DNA of 64,000 bases from Sedimenticola sp. (GTDB taxonomy: Bacteria > Pseudomonadota > Gammaproteobacteria > Chromatiales > Chromatiaceae), in the NCBI GenBank assembly GCA_011051655.1, contig DRKS01000053.1, positions 11,790 through 75,789 on the forward strand, read 5' to 3'. Each line of letters begins with the position of its first letter. The first letter of the stretch is position 1. Of the stretch, positions 22,846 through 33,351 are shown piece by piece. Both the position numbers and the translations under genes were made by a program. The notes under the pieces were generated by a model that saw only the letters and a program-made list of their open reading frames with translations, was not told where the DNA came from and ran no database searches.

Positions 22846-23397
22846 ATGGAGACAACAGTAAACAACATGGAATCCGCCGGGGTGGGATCGTTGCGGCTCA
22901 GAATGGTTGCGCGGATGCTGTTCGGGGCCACCCTTGCCGCACTTGTCCTCCTGGTCGTCGCCATGCTCTTTTTCGCGGACGAAAATGGCATGGATTACAC
23001 CCAACTGATTCAGTCCCATAGCCTTACCCGGCAAAACCTCGGCACCGCCCTGGTCATCGCGGGGCTGTTTCTGACCGTTTGCGTCGGTGCGCTCTCCTGG
23101 CTGTTGGCCCTCTACGGCAGCTTCAGGGTGGCGGGGCCTCTGTTCCGCTTCAGCCGGAACCTGGAGCAGGCGTCCGGCCAGCGGATCCTTCCCGGCGTGC
23201 GCAAGGGGGATTGCTTTCAGGATGTGTCCCGGCAGTTGCAGCAGTCGGTCGAGGCGCTGCACCGGCATCACGACGAGGTGCGCCGGTTGCTCGATCAGGC
23301 CGAGGCGCAGTTTAAATCGGGCTGCCGCGATGAGGAGCGCCTTGAGGAAACATTGGCTCAGCTAAGGGAGGTTGGCGGCCGTGTCCGTATCGATTAG
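22846..23397 (+). CDS. Small 2-TM membrane protein with charged helical tail, unknown function
   Basis: Two hydrophobic helices, then FRVAGPLFRFSRNLEQ and a coiled-coil-like tail. The start could be 22867 (MESAG). First gene of a tight 3-gene cluster. Confidence 0.6.
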   Translation: METTVNNMESAGVGSLRLRMVARMLFGATLAALVLLVVAMLFFADENGMDYTQLIQSHSLTRQNLGTALVIAGLFLTVCVGALSWLLALYGSFRVAGPLFRFSRNLEQASGQRILPGVRKGDCFQDVSRQLQQSVEALHRHHDEVRRLLDQAEAQFKSGCRDEERLEETLAQLREVGGRVRID

Positions 23398-23416
23398 ATA
23401 TTGCATCCCGCCGGCC

Positions 23417-24184
23417 ATGCCCGGCCTGCCGGGGGTCATGATCCTGCTGTTGATAATGCTTTTTTCCCCGCCTGCGCCGGCAAAGGTGTCCCATCCGGCG
23501 GACATGGCCTGCCGGGAGTGCCATCTCGCCCAACTCCCCATCACCCCGGAGAATGCCCATCAGCTCACAGACAGCCAGGAGGTGCTGTGCGCCCGCTGTC
23601 ATGAGAACGCGATAAGGGTCAGTCACCCCAGCGGTTTTCCCGCCATGCGGATGATACCGGCGGAATACCCGGTGGACTGGAAGGGCGATATCACCTGCAG
23701 CACCTGCCATACCGTCCATGGGACGGAGGCGGGCCTGATGCGGGGGGGCAAAAAGGGGCGGGAGCTGTGTCTTTCTTGCCATGATCAGGGGTTCTTTGTC
23801 CGCATGGCGGATGAAGGCGCCTCCATCCGGCAAAAGGGTCATTTGGCCCGGACCGCCGATCTTCAGGCGGGGCTCATAGATGCATATTCCATCAATTGCA
23901 TGTCCTGCCACAACAATAATGGACTTGGCCCGGCAGGGACGAAATACGAGGGCGTCGTATTGGCCCACAGCGAGACCACCATGAAGCATCCCATCGGGTT
24001 TTTGTATGTGAACACGGCGGGCCGTGACCGCTACCACGACATCGGCAGGCTGGATGCAAGGCTGGTCCTGCCGGACGGCAGGCTCAGTTGCGTGACCTGC
24101 CACCTGGCCTACAGTGATTCCCATGGCGAACTGGCCGTGGCGAATACCGGTTCGGCCCTCTGCTACCAGTGCCATGACATATGA
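23417..24184 (+). CDS. Heptaheme c-type cytochrome (secreted)
   Basis: Signal peptide MPGLPGVMILLLIMLFSPPAPA. Seven CxxCH motifs: CRECH, CARCH, CSTCH, CLSCH, CMSCH, CVTCH, CYQCH. The longest ORF begins at 23372. Confidence 0.85.
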   Translation: MPGLPGVMILLLIMLFSPPAPAKVSHPADMACRECHLAQLPITPENAHQLTDSQEVLCARCHENAIRVSHPSGFPAMRMIPAEYPVDWKGDITCSTCHTVHGTEAGLMRGGKKGRELCLSCHDQGFFVRMADEGASIRQKGHLARTADLQAGLIDAYSINCMSCHNNNGLGPAGTKYEGVVLAHSETTMKHPIGFLYVNTAGRDRYHDIGRLDARLVLPDGRLSCVTCHLAYSDSHGELAVANTGSALCYQCHDI

Positions 24185-24729
24185 GTGAGACCAGGGGACA
24201 GCGAAGATGGGAAGAGCAGCGCCGCTGCCATTATGTGGACGTCCGCATCCAGGGCGGACTGGTCGCGGCCCTGGTGCTGTTCGAGGCGGTCGTGCTCGGC
24301 GCGGCGATGCTGGTGCTCTATTACAACCTCGACCAGGTGATCGAGGAGCAGCTCTACCGCATCCATATCACCCCCCGGGACGGTATGCCGGTGCTGGTCA
24401 GCGAGCTTTTCGCCCTGGTGCCCTATATCATTTTCGCCAATGTGGCGGTGGTGCTCTGTATCGACTGGGCCTGGTCGAGGTATGTCAACAGGATCATCGA
24501 GCCCCTCAAAGAGAGGCTCCGGTCGGCCGGCTCGCTGGATCTGCGCGCCATGCCCGCCGGCAACATCCGGCATGAGGTCCTGGACAAGGCGGACGCCTGG
24601 GTGCAAGAGGAGAGCCGGCGTTACCGCAAGCTGCAACGGCTTGCCGCCGGGCTGAGCGCGGAGATGGACAGCGCCGACGCCCTGGCGAAAATCGAGCAGA
24701 TGCGGCGGCTGCTGCCGCCCCCGGGTTAA
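24181..24729 (+). CDS. Small 2-TM membrane protein with charged helical tail, unknown function
   Basis: ATGA start/stop overlap with the cytochrome gene. Two TM helices and the same overall architecture as the 22846 protein. Confidence 0.6.
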   Translation: MSETRGQRRWEEQRRCHYVDVRIQGGLVAALVLFEAVVLGAAMLVLYYNLDQVIEEQLYRIHITPRDGMPVLVSELFALVPYIIFANVAVVLCIDWAWSRYVNRIIEPLKERLRSAGSLDLRAMPAGNIRHEVLDKADAWVQEESRRYRKLQRLAAGLSAEMDSADALAKIEQMRRLLPPPG

Positions 24730-25619
24730 TTCCCCGTTAACCTGCGCTCCGCCTCGCGGTACTTCTCCGCCGTCCTGGCGATGACCTCCGGGGGCAGCTC
24801 CGGCCCCGGCGCCTTTTTGTCCCAATCCAGGGTTTCCAGGTAATCGCGCACGTACTGCTTGTCGAAACTGGGGGGGCTGGCGCCCGGGCGGTACTCGTCG
24901 GCGGGCCAGAAGCGGGAGGAGTCGGGGGTCAGCACCTCGTCGATGAGATAGAGGTCCCCGGCTTCATCCTGGCCGAATTCGAACTTGGTGTCCGCGATGA
25001 TGATGCCCTTTTCCCGGGCATAGGCGGCGGACTCGGTATAGATTTGCAGGCTGAGATCCCGCACCCGTTCGGCCAGCTCGCGGCCTAAGAGATCGGCGGT
25101 CTGCCCGAAGCTGATGTTTTCATCGTGCTCCCCGATCTCGGCCTTGGTGGAAGGGGTGAAAATGGCCTGGGGGAGCTGGTCCGCCTGGCGCAGGCCGTCC
25201 GGGAGCCGGATGCCGCATACGCCCCCCGTCTTTTGGTAGTCCTTCCAGCCGGAGCCGATCAGGTAGCCGCGAACGATGGCCTCGACGGGCAGGGGCCTGA
25301 GCCGGCGCACGATAATGGCCCGGTCGCCCAGGACCGCCCGCTGGGCCGCATCCGGCACCACCTCTTCCAGGGGCATGCCGGTCAGGTGATTGGGGACCAG
25401 ATCCCGGGTGCGGCCAAACCAGAAGTTGGCCAGCCGGGTCAGCACCTCGCCCTTGCCGGGGATGGGCTGGGGCAGCACCACGTCAAAGGCGGAGAGCCGG
25501 TCGGAGGTGACGATGAGCAGATGCGCATCATCGATCTCGTAGATATCGCGGACCTTGCCCCGGCCCAGCAGCTTCAGATGGGGGAGGTCGGATTCGTAAA
25601 GGGCGTCGGGTTGGGTCAT
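24726..25619 (-). CDS. purC: Phosphoribosylaminoimidazole-succinocarboxamide (SAICAR) synthase
   Basis: [15 protein letters not shown] and the long-form PurC C-terminus ([11 protein letters not shown]). Confidence 0.93.
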   Translation of the reverse strand: MTQPDALYESDLPHLKLLGRGKVRDIYEIDDAHLLIVTSDRLSAFDVVLPQPIPGKGEVLTRLANFWFGRTRDLVPNHLTGMPLEEVVPDAAQRAVLGDRAIIVRRLRPLPVEAIVRGYLIGSGWKDYQKTGGVCGIRLPDGLRQADQLPQAIFTPSTKAEIGEHDENISFGQTADLLGRELAERVRDLSLQIYTESAAYAREKGIIIADTKFEFGQDEAGDLYLIDEVLTPDSSRFWPADEYRPGASPPSFDKQYVRDYLETLDWDKKAPGPELPPEVIARTAEKYREAERRLTGN

Positions 25620-25676
25620 GGTTTCACTGGCGTCGAAAAAGAAGGCGAGTATACCCCAATCCGGTGCGCCCGGAAG

Positions 25677-26477
25677 CTACAGGGAATCGTCCGTCCCGAT
25701 CCAGTTGATCTCCCTGGCGGTGGCCCGCCCTATGACGCAGCTCCTGAGGCTCTTGGCCATGACCGATTCGGTGGGCGAGGAGGGGATGCGGCCGGACATT
25801 ATTTCAGCCCGGGTCTGTGGATAGCGGGGGCTGCGGGCCGGGGCGGCGTAGCCTTCAGGATAGGTCGGCTGGTTGTTCGAGTCATACTTGTCCGTGGCGC
25901 CGACGGTGTGCAAAAGCTCATGGGCGATGACCAGGTTGTTTTGCCTGTTCTGGGCCTTGATGGCGTAGGCGTGGACGATGCCCAGCAGTCCCTTCTGCAG
26001 GCCCAGTGAATGGGACAGCGGCTGGCCGTCGTCGCCCTGGTAATAGAGCACGAACATGCGGACCCGGTTGCGGTTGGATTCGTCGTCCGGCGTGTTCTTC
26101 CATGCCCAGTAGCGCAGTCTCAGGCTCCAGATGATCCTGGCGAGGATGCTGCTGGATCTGGGGTCCGGCGCCTCGGGCGGCGCCGCTTTCACCGGCGGAC
26201 CCAGGCGGGTGTGGGTGGGGGATCTTTCCAGGATCTTGTATTTATGGCCTTCGCGGGCCATGAAGGCATCGATGTCGGCGAAGTCCCGGTCGCTCAGTCC
26301 GTCGATATAGCGGCCGGTCCCGGGCTTCCCGTCGGCATTGATGGGGAAGATGATGACAGCCAGGGGCTCAAGCCAGGCGGTGGAGTACAGCAGCTGGCTT
26401 TTGCTGTAGATGGCCACCGTGGCCAGCAGGCCCAGCAGCACCAGGATGCGCAGGTTGCGGAAGCTGAAAAGTTTCAT
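25677..26477 (-). CDS. Membrane-anchored hypothetical protein with HExxH motif (possible zinc metallopeptidase-like)
   Basis: N-terminal anchor MKLFSFRNLRILVLLGLLATVAIY and the motif VIAHELLHTVGATDKY. No family recognised. The longest ORF reaches 26522. Confidence 0.65.
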   Translation of the reverse strand: MKLFSFRNLRILVLLGLLATVAIYSKSQLLYSTAWLEPLAVIIFPINADGKPGTGRYIDGLSDRDFADIDAFMAREGHKYKILERSPTHTRLGPPVKAAPPEAPDPRSSSILARIIWSLRLRYWAWKNTPDDESNRNRVRMFVLYYQGDDGQPLSHSLGLQKGLLGIVHAYAIKAQNRQNNLVIAHELLHTVGATDKYDSNNQPTYPEGYAAPARSPRYPQTRAEIMSGRIPSSPTESVMAKSLRSCVIGRATAREINWIGTDDSL

Positions 26478-26962
26478 GTGATCTGCCGGTAAATCTTCAA
26501 TAAAATATTGATATAAAATCACTTATGCACAATGAATATGGCCCGGGCGGGGAGGCCCGGAACAGGCCGTCAACTGATTGGCGACATTTGTCATTGCTGT
26601 TGTAACCGATTGAATTTCAAGTGAAATAAGAATTGTCTGAAATTTCGACAATCTGATGCCGGCCCACGAAAAATACGGCTTGGCGCACAATCCGCCTGTT
26701 TTATTCACAGAGTAATCCACAGGATTTGTGAATAAGGGGCAAATCCCTTTCCTGACAGTCTCGTGGAAGAGATGCTGAAGCAGAAACATCATATTCAGGT
26801 CGTAATCCATTGTGTGGGCTGATGTTTGGCTTTCATTTGGATGATTTGGAATGCCGGGCCCGGCGGTCATCCCCAAATCCGTTATAATGCGCGCCCTCAT
26901 TTGCAGCGCCTGGATTCTGTAGCGGCCCGCGCCGTCCAGGCATTAACCGGATTTATATTTCA

Positions 26963-28783
26963 GTGATCGATAAACTTCGTAATGTCGCCATCATCGCCCA
27001 TGTGGACCATGGCAAGACCACCCTGGTGGACCAGCTGCTGCAGCAGTCCGGCACCCTGGGGGAGCGCTTCGGCCCGGTGGAGCGGGTGATGGATTCCAAT
27101 GACCTGGAAAAGGAGCGGGGCATTACCATCCTCTCCAAGAATACCGCCATCCGCTGGAACGGCTACCGCATCAATATCGTGGACACCCCCGGCCATGCCG
27201 ATTTCGGCGGTGAGGTGGAGCGGGTGCTCTCCATGGTGGACTCGGTGCTGCTGCTGGTGGATGCGGTGGAGGGCCCCATGCCCCAGACCCGCTTCGTCAC
27301 CCAGAAGGCCTTCCAGCACGGCCTGCGCCCTATCGTGGTGGTAAACAAGATCGACCGTGAAGGGGCCCGTCCCGACTGGGTCATCGATCAGACCTTCGAT
27401 CTGTTCGACCGCCTGGGGGCCACCGATGAGCAACTGGATTTCCCCATCGTCTACGCCTCGGCCATCAACGGCTACGCCGGGCTAACAGCGGACGTGCGCG
27501 GCGGCGACATGACGCCCCTGTTCGAGGCCCTGGTCTCTCATTGCCCCCCGCCGGAGGTGGACCCGGAGGGCCCCTTTCAGATGCAGATCTCCTCCCTGGA
27601 CTACAGCAGCTATGTGGGGGCCATCGGCATCGGCCGCATTACCCGGGGCAGTGTCCGCACCAATATGCCGGTGGTCGTGGCCAAGTACGACGGCGAGCGC
27701 CAGCGGGGCAGGATAGGCCAGGTGATGGGCTTTCTCGGCCTGCAGCGGGTGGAGGTGAGCGAGGCGGCCGCCGGCGACATCGTCGCCGTCACCGGCATCG
27801 ACGGCCTGAATGTCTCCGACACCCTGTGCGATCCCGAGCAGGTGGAGCCCCTGCCGGCCCTGAGCGTGGATGAGCCCACGGTGGGCATGACCTTCCAGGT
27901 CAACACCTCGCCCTTCGCCGGCCGCGAGGGCAAGTACCTGACCTCGCGCCAGCTCAAGGAGCGGCTGGAGCGGGAGCTGATCCACAACGTGGCCCTGCGG
28001 GTGGAGGAGGGCAATGATCCGGAGAAATTCCGGGTCTCCGGGCGGGGGGAGCTGCATCTGTCCATCCTGCTGGAGAACATGCGCCGTGAAGGCTATGAGC
28101 TGGCGGTATCCCGCCCGGAGGTGATTTTCCGGGAGCTGGACGGCCGGGTATGCGAGCCCTACGAGCAGCTCACGGTGGATATCGAGGAGCCCCACCAGGG
28201 CGGCCTGATGGAGGCGCTGGGCGAGCGGCGGGGCCAGCTCAGGGACATGGTTCCCGACGGCAAGGGCCGGGTGCGGCTGGATTACATCATCCCGTCCCGG
28301 GGGCTGATCGGTTTTCAGACGGAATTCATGACCCTGACCTCCGGCACCGGTCTTATCTACCATGTCTTCGACCATTATGGCCCGGCCCTTTCGGGCGGCA
28401 TCGCCCCCCGCGCCAACGGCGTCCTGGTCTCCAACGCCACCGGCAAGGCCCTGGGTTACGCCCTGTTCAATCTGCAAGAGCGCGGCCGGCTTCTTATCCG
28501 CCCGGGCGACGAGGTCTATGAGGGCCAGGTGGTCGGCATTCACTCGCGGGCCAATGACCTGATCGTCAACCCCCTCAAGGCGAAGCAACTCACCAATATC
28601 CGGGCCGCGGGCAGTGACGAGAACATCCTGCTCACGCCGCCCATCAATTTTTCGCTGGAGCAGGCGCTGGAATTCATCGAGGATGATGAGCTGGTGGAGA
28701 TCACGCCGGCGGCGATTCGCATCCGCAAGCGGCACCTGAAAGAGCATGACCGCAAACGGGCGGCCCGCGCCGCCGCAGGCTAA
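26963..28783 (+). CDS. typA: Translational GTPase TypA/BipA
   Basis: [33 protein letters not shown] and NKIDR G-motifs; 606 aa; GTG start. Confidence 0.96.
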   Translation: MIDKLRNVAIIAHVDHGKTTLVDQLLQQSGTLGERFGPVERVMDSNDLEKERGITILSKNTAIRWNGYRINIVDTPGHADFGGEVERVLSMVDSVLLLVDAVEGPMPQTRFVTQKAFQHGLRPIVVVNKIDREGARPDWVIDQTFDLFDRLGATDEQLDFPIVYASAINGYAGLTADVRGGDMTPLFEALVSHCPPPEVDPEGPFQMQISSLDYSSYVGAIGIGRITRGSVRTNMPVVVAKYDGERQRGRIGQVMGFLGLQRVEVSEAAAGDIVAVTGIDGLNVSDTLCDPEQVEPLPALSVDEPTVGMTFQVNTSPFAGREGKYLTSRQLKERLERELIHNVALRVEEGNDPEKFRVSGRGELHLSILLENMRREGYELAVSRPEVIFRELDGRVCEPYEQLTVDIEEPHQGGLMEALGERRGQLRDMVPDGKGRVRLDYIIPSRGLIGFQTEFMTLTSGTGLIYHVFDHYGPALSGGIAPRANGVLVSNATGKALGYALFNLQERGRLLIRPGDEVYEGQVVGIHSRANDLIVNPLKAKQLTNIRAAGSDENILLTPPINFSLEQALEFIEDDELVEITPAAIRIRKRHLKEHDRKRAARAAAG

Positions 28784-28815
28784 AAAAACCCCGACAGCAT
28801 CCGGTGCTGCCGGGG
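28782..28815 (-). terminator. Hairpin with an A7 run on its left side; it reads as an intrinsic terminator only on the minus strand
   Basis: AAAAAAA CCCCGACAGCA tccgg TGCTGCCGGGG (one mismatch in an 11-bp stem). There is no T-run on the plus-strand 3' side. Confidence 0.4.
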
Positions 28816-28951
28816 CTAGGTCGCCGAGCTTGGTTGGCAAAGGGACTGTCCCTGAGTCTCCGTCCGGTGGAGCAAAGGCATCCTGTTTCATCCGTGGGTG
28901 GCGACGGTTCCATCCTGGCACAGCGGCCCCGGGTTGGCTATGCGGCTTTTC

Positions 28952-28987
28952 CCGCCGCCCTGTAGGGATATTCCTACAGGGCGGCGG
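28952..28987. repeat. 15-bp perfect-stem palindrome upstream of pip
   Basis: CCGCCGCCCTGTAGG gatatt CCTACAGGGCGGCGG. Confidence 0.8.
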
Positions 28988-29037
28988 CGGGAGAAGACGA
29001 GGTGACCTGCGGATTATTCGCCGGTACACTGGGTTCC

Positions 29038-29988
29038 ATGGCCGGTCTCTATCCGAATATCCGCCCTTTCGCCATCCACTCGCTGGCGGTGGATCCCCGG
29101 CACAAGCTCTATGTGGAGGAGTGCGGCAGTGACGACGGCATACCGGTCCTGTTCCTGCACGGGGGGCCCGGCGCCGGCTGCGAGCCTCACCACCGCTGTT
29201 TTTTCGATCCCTGCCGCTACCGTATCGTGCTGTTCGATCAGCGGGGCTGCGGGCGTTCCCATCCCCATGCGGATCTGACGGACAACACCACCGGTCATCT
29301 CTTGAGCGACATGGAGGCGATCCGGGAGATGCTCGGCATCGAGCGCTGGCTGCTGTTCGGCGGCTCCTGGGGCTCCACCCTGGCGCTGGCCTATGCCCAG
29401 GCCCACCCGGAGCGGGTCTCGGGACTGGTGTTGCGGGGGGTCTTTCTCTGCCGGGAGCGGGAGATCCGCTGGTTCTACCAGGAAGGTGCCAGCCGGGTGT
29501 TTCCGGATTATTGGGAGGACTTCATTGCCCCCATCCCCGAGGGGGAGCGGGACGACCTGGTGCGCGCCTACCATCGCCGTCTGACCGGCAATGATGAACT
29601 GGCCCGCATGGCGGCGGCCAAGGCCTGGGCCGCCTGGGAGGCCAGAACCGCCAGCCTGAGGCCCAGCGAGGCCATCCTGAAGCACCTTGGAGGTCCCCAT
29701 ACGGCGCTGAGCATGGCCCGCATCGAGTGCCATTATTTTTTGAACGGCGCCTTCCTGCGGCCGAACCAGTTGCTGGCCGGGGCCCACCGGATGGCGGACA
29801 TCCCCGGCGTCATCGTGCACGGGCGCTATGACCTGATCTGCCCCCTGGAGTCCGCCTGGGAGCTGCACCGGGCCTGGCCCGGGAGCGAGTTGAACATCGT
29901 TGCGGACGCGGGCCATTCGGCCATGGAAGAGGGCATCCGCTCCGCCCTGGTGGACGCCACCGACTGGTTCGCGGACCGGCTGGGATGA
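29038..29988 (+). CDS. pip: Proline iminopeptidase (alpha/beta hydrolase)
   Basis: [25 protein letters not shown] and the [10 protein letters not shown] nucleophile elbow. Confidence 0.92.
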   Translation: MAGLYPNIRPFAIHSLAVDPRHKLYVEECGSDDGIPVLFLHGGPGAGCEPHHRCFFDPCRYRIVLFDQRGCGRSHPHADLTDNTTGHLLSDMEAIREMLGIERWLLFGGSWGSTLALAYAQAHPERVSGLVLRGVFLCREREIRWFYQEGASRVFPDYWEDFIAPIPEGERDDLVRAYHRRLTGNDELARMAAAKAWAAWEARTASLRPSEAILKHLGGPHTALSMARIECHYFLNGAFLRPNQLLAGAHRMADIPGVIVHGRYDLICPLESAWELHRAWPGSELNIVADAGHSAMEEGIRSALVDATDWFADRLG

Positions 29989-30422
29989 TCGGGTTGCTGC
30001 AACGGGTCTCCCGGGCGCGGGTTGAAGTGGAGGGTGAAACCGTCGGCGAGATCGGCGCCGGCCTGCTGGTGCTGGTGGGGGTGGAGCGGGAGGACACGCA
30101 GGCCAGGGCGGAGCGCCTGCTGGAGCGCCTGCTGGGTTACCGGGTCTTTCCGGACGCTGCCGGGCGCATGAACCGCAGCCTTCAGGATACGGGGGGTAGT
30201 CTTCTGTTGGTTCCTCAGTTCACCCTGGCCGCCGACACGCGCAAGGGCATGCGGGCCGGGTTTTCCACCGCCGCCCCGCCGGAACAGGGCCGCCGGCTGT
30301 TCGGGTTTCTGCTGGAGCGGGCGCGCCAGCGTCATCCCCATGTGGCGGCCGGCATCTTTGGCGCCGACATGCAGGTCAGCCTCACCAACGACGGCCCCGT
30401 CACCTTCTGGCTTCAGGCCTGA
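29985..30422 (+). CDS. dtd: D-aminoacyl-tRNA deacylase
   Basis: [20 protein letters not shown]-like VPQFTLAAD, and NDGPVTFWL at the C-terminus. Confidence 0.93.
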   Translation: MIGLLQRVSRARVEVEGETVGEIGAGLLVLVGVEREDTQARAERLLERLLGYRVFPDAAGRMNRSLQDTGGSLLLVPQFTLAADTRKGMRAGFSTAAPPEQGRRLFGFLLERARQRHPHVAAGIFGADMQVSLTNDGPVTFWLQA

Positions 30423-30491
30423 TATTTTTTCAAGTTTCCAATAGAATAGCGCTTTTCGTCTGCCCCGCAGGGCGTCACTGGGTTGAATCCT

Positions 30492-31082
30492 ATGTCCCGT
30501 ACCGCCGAAATCGAGCGCAATACCCTGGAAACCCGGGTCAGCGTGAAGCTGAACCTGGACGGCGCCGGCGCCTCCAGTTTGGAGACCGGCGCGCCTTTTC
30601 TCGACCACATGCTGGATCAGGTAGCGCGCCACGGCCTCATCGACCTGGAGATCCGGGCCGAGGGGGACCTGCACATCGATGCCCACCACACGGTGGAGGA
30701 CGTGGGCATCGCCTTCGGCCAGGCCCTCTCCAAGGCCGTGGGCGACAAGAAGGGTATCCGCCGCTACGGTCACGCCTGTGTCCCCCTGGACGAGGCCCTC
30801 TCCCGGGTGGTGATCGACCTCTCCGGCCGTCCCGGGCTGGAGTTCCATGTGGATTTCCCCCGCGCCCGCATCGGTGACTTCGAGGCGGACCTGTTTCAAG
30901 AGTTCTTTCAGGGCTTCGTGAACCACGCCGGCGTCACCCTGCACCTGGACGGCCTGCGGGGCGCCAACGGCCACCATGTGGCGGAGACCCTGTTCAAGGC
31001 CTTCGGCCGCGCCCTGCGCATGGCCCTGGAGCCGGACCCCCGCATGCAGGGGATCCTGCCCTCCACCAAGGGAGCCCTTTAG
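30492..31082 (+). CDS. hisB: Imidazoleglycerol-phosphate dehydratase
   Basis: [22 protein letters not shown] and [12 protein letters not shown] motifs. Confidence 0.95.
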   Translation: MSRTAEIERNTLETRVSVKLNLDGAGASSLETGAPFLDHMLDQVARHGLIDLEIRAEGDLHIDAHHTVEDVGIAFGQALSKAVGDKKGIRRYGHACVPLDEALSRVVIDLSGRPGLEFHVDFPRARIGDFEADLFQEFFQGFVNHAGVTLHLDGLRGANGHHVAETLFKAFGRALRMALEPDPRMQGILPSTKGAL

Positions 31083-31088
31083 TCCCTT

Positions 31089-31730
31089 ATGGCGCAAACC
31101 ATCGCAGTCATCGATTACGGCATGGGCAACCTGCGCTCGGTGGCCAAGGCCGTCGAGCACCTGGCCGATGCCGGTGACCGGGTGCGGGTGACCGACGATC
31201 CGGCGCAGATCCTCGCCGCCGACCGGGTGCTGTTCCCGGGCCAGGGTGCGGCCCGGGACTGCATGAAGGCCATCTCCGATCATCATCTGAACCGGGCGGT
31301 GCTGGACGCCGCCGGGAGCAAGCCCTTTCTCGGGATCTGCATGGGCCTGCAGGTGTTGATGGAGTTCAGCGAAGAGAACGAAGGCACCGAGCTGCTGGGG
31401 CTGCTCCCCGGCCGGGTGCGCCGTTTCGATCCTGACGCGGGGGAGGGCGGCGCGCACCTGAAGATCCCCCACATGGGCTGGAACCGGGTGCACCATACCG
31501 GCGGTCACCCCCTGTGGCGGGACATCCCCCAGGACAGCCGCTTCTACTTCGTGCACAGCTATTTCGTGGACCCCGTGGACAAGGCCATGATCGCCGCCAC
31601 CACCGGTTACGGCATCGACTTCGCCAGCGCCCTGGCCAAAGACAACCTGTTCGCGGTGCAGTTCCACCCGGAAAAGAGCGCCCGGGACGGCCTGACCCTG
31701 CTGCGCAATTTTCTGCGCTGGGATATTTGA
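31089..31730 (+). CDS. hisH: Imidazole glycerol phosphate synthase, glutaminase subunit
   Basis: IDYGMGNLRSV, GICMGLQ and FHPEKS motifs. Confidence 0.95.
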   Translation: MAQTIAVIDYGMGNLRSVAKAVEHLADAGDRVRVTDDPAQILAADRVLFPGQGAARDCMKAISDHHLNRAVLDAAGSKPFLGICMGLQVLMEFSEENEGTELLGLLPGRVRRFDPDAGEGGAHLKIPHMGWNRVHHTGGHPLWRDIPQDSRFYFVHSYFVDPVDKAMIAATTGYGIDFASALAKDNLFAVQFHPEKSARDGLTLLRNFLRWDI

Positions 31731-31742
31731 GGAGGGGACGCC

Positions 31743-32510
31743 ATGCTGTTGATTCCCGCAATCGATTTGAAAGACGGCCAATGCGTGCGCCTGCGCCAGG
31801 GGCGCATGGAGGACGATACCGTGTTCTCGGACGATCCGGTGGAGATGGCCGGCCGCTGGGTGGACGCCGGCGCCCGCCGCCTGCACCTGGTGGATCTGAA
31901 CGGGGCCTTCGCCGGCGAGCCGGTGAATGGGGAGGTGATCGCCGCCATCGCCGCCAGATACCCCGGCCTGCCCCTCCAGGTGGGCGGCGGCATCCGGGAC
32001 GAGGCGACCATCGAGGCCTACCTCGACGCGGGGGTGGACTATGTCATCATCGGCACCCAGGCGGTGAAGGAGCCCGCCTTCGTGGCCCGGGCCTGCGCCG
32101 CCTTCCCCGGCCAGATCATTGTCGGCCTGGACGCCAGAGACGGCCTGGTCGCCATCGACGGCTGGGCCACGGTGACGGACCATCTGGTCATGGATCTGGC
32201 CCGGCGGTTCGAACAGGACGGGATAAGCGCCATCGTCTACACCGACATCGGCCGCGACGGCATGCTCAGCGGGCCCAACGTGGAGGCCACCAGGGCCCTG
32301 GCCCTGACGGTGGATACCCCCATCATCGCCTCCGGCGGCATCACCGACATCGACGATATCCGGGCCCTGTGCGAGGTGGCCTCCGCAGGCGTCATGGGGG
32401 CCATCACCGGGCGCGCCATCTACGAAGGCACCCTGGATTTTGCCCAGGGGCAGCGCCTGGCGGATGCAAGCTGCAACCAAGAGCCCGGCAAAATGCCCCC
32501 CCGCAACTGA
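31743..32510 (+). CDS. hisA: ProFAR isomerase
   Basis: [23 protein letters not shown] and GGGIR motifs. The C-terminal codons and the stop lie at the start of a heptamer array. Confidence 0.95.
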   Translation: MLLIPAIDLKDGQCVRLRQGRMEDDTVFSDDPVEMAGRWVDAGARRLHLVDLNGAFAGEPVNGEVIAAIAARYPGLPLQVGGGIRDEATIEAYLDAGVDYVIIGTQAVKEPAFVARACAAFPGQIIVGLDARDGLVAIDGWATVTDHLVMDLARRFEQDGISAIVYTDIGRDGMLSGPNVEATRALALTVDTPIIASGGITDIDDIRALCEVASAGVMGAITGRAIYEGTLDFAQGQRLADASCNQEPGKMPPRN

Positions 32511-32560
32511 AAACTGAAAACTGAAAACTGACAACTGACAACTGACAACCAATAACTGAT
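32503..32560. repeat. Unidirectional heptamer array
   Basis: GCAACTG (AAAACTG)3 (ACAACTG)2 ACAACCA ATAACTG. It fills the whole hisA-hisF spacer, and the hisA TGA (32508..32510) is inside it. Confidence 0.93.
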
Positions 32561-32563
32561 CCC

Positions 32564-33334
32564 ATGCTAGCCAAACGCATCATCCCCTGCCTGGACGTGG
32601 ACAACGGCCGCGTGGTCAAGGGCGTGAAGTTCGTGGACATCCAGGATGCGGGGGATCCGGTGGAGGTGGCCCGGCGCTATGACCGGGAGGGGGCGGACGA
32701 GATCACCTTTCTCGACATCACTGCCAGCTCCGACGACCGGGAAACCATGGTGCATGTGGTGGAGCAGGTGGCGGGCGAGGTCTTCATCCCCCTCACCGTC
32801 GGCGGCGGCATTCGCAGCGTGGAGGACGTGCGGCGCATGCTCAACGCCGGGGCCGACAAGGTGGGCATCAACACCGCCGCCGTGTTCAATCCGGAGTTCG
32901 TCAGGGAGGCGGCGGAGCGTTTCGGCTCCCAGTGCATCGTGGTGGCCATCGACGCCAAGCGGGTGAGCGGCGCGGGCGGCCCCCCGCGCTGGGAGGTCTT
33001 CACCCACGGCGGGCGCAAGCCCACCGGCCTGGATGCCATCCAATGGGCCGAAAAGATGGCCGCCTATGGCGCCGGCGAGATCCTGTTGACCAGCATGGAC
33101 CGGGATGGTACCAAGATGGGTTTCGACCTGGAGCTGACCCGGGCCGTCAGCCGGGCCACGCCCGTACCGGTGATCGCCTCCGGCGGCGTCGGCAACCTGG
33201 ATCACCTGGTGGCCGGGGTGAAAGAGGGCGAGGCGGACGCCGTGCTGGCCGCCAGCATTTTCCATTTTGGCGAATACAGCATCGGCGAGGCCAAGGCATA
33301 TATGGCCGGGCACGGCGTCGAGGTTCGCATTTGA
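32564..33334 (+). CDS. hisF: Imidazole glycerol phosphate synthase, cyclase subunit
   Basis: [22 protein letters not shown] and GGGIRS motifs. Confidence 0.96.
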   Translation: MLAKRIIPCLDVDNGRVVKGVKFVDIQDAGDPVEVARRYDREGADEITFLDITASSDDRETMVHVVEQVAGEVFIPLTVGGGIRSVEDVRRMLNAGADKVGINTAAVFNPEFVREAAERFGSQCIVVAIDAKRVSGAGGPPRWEVFTHGGRKPTGLDAIQWAEKMAAYGAGEILLTSMDRDGTKMGFDLELTRAVSRATPVPVIASGGVGNLDHLVAGVKEGEADAVLAASIFHFGEYSIGEAKAYMAGHGVEVRI

Positions 33335-33351
33335 TGAGAGGGGACAGTCTG

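Noticed and set aside
26701-26735. Chromosomal replication origin (oriC), suggested by the DnaA-box-like 9-mers.
   Set aside because: There are only three imperfect boxes. I saw no AT-rich 13-mer-type unwinding repeats or GATC clustering. The flanking genes (purC, typA) are not typical origin neighbours such as dnaA, dnaN, gidA or rpmH. I kept it only as a possible regulatory site.
26523-26900. 125-aa minus-strand ORF in the low-GC spacer. It is in the same frame as, and separated by only one TAA from, the HExxH gene ORF, so it could be a pseudogenised N-terminus or a readthrough product.
   Set aside because: The downstream protein already has a convincing signal-anchor start at MKLFSF (26477). 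The upstream ORF has no motifs and atypical composition, and it spans the promoter-like palindromic region. The in-frame juxtaposition looks coincidental.
29826-32552. 908-aa minus-strand ORF, the longest ORF in the track.
   Set aside because: It lies antisense to four clearly recognisable plus-strand genes (dtd, hisB, hisH, hisA). Its translation is Gly/Ala/His/Pro/Arg/Val-rich low complexity with no motifs. This is the typical stop-poor shadow frame of GC-rich coding DNA.
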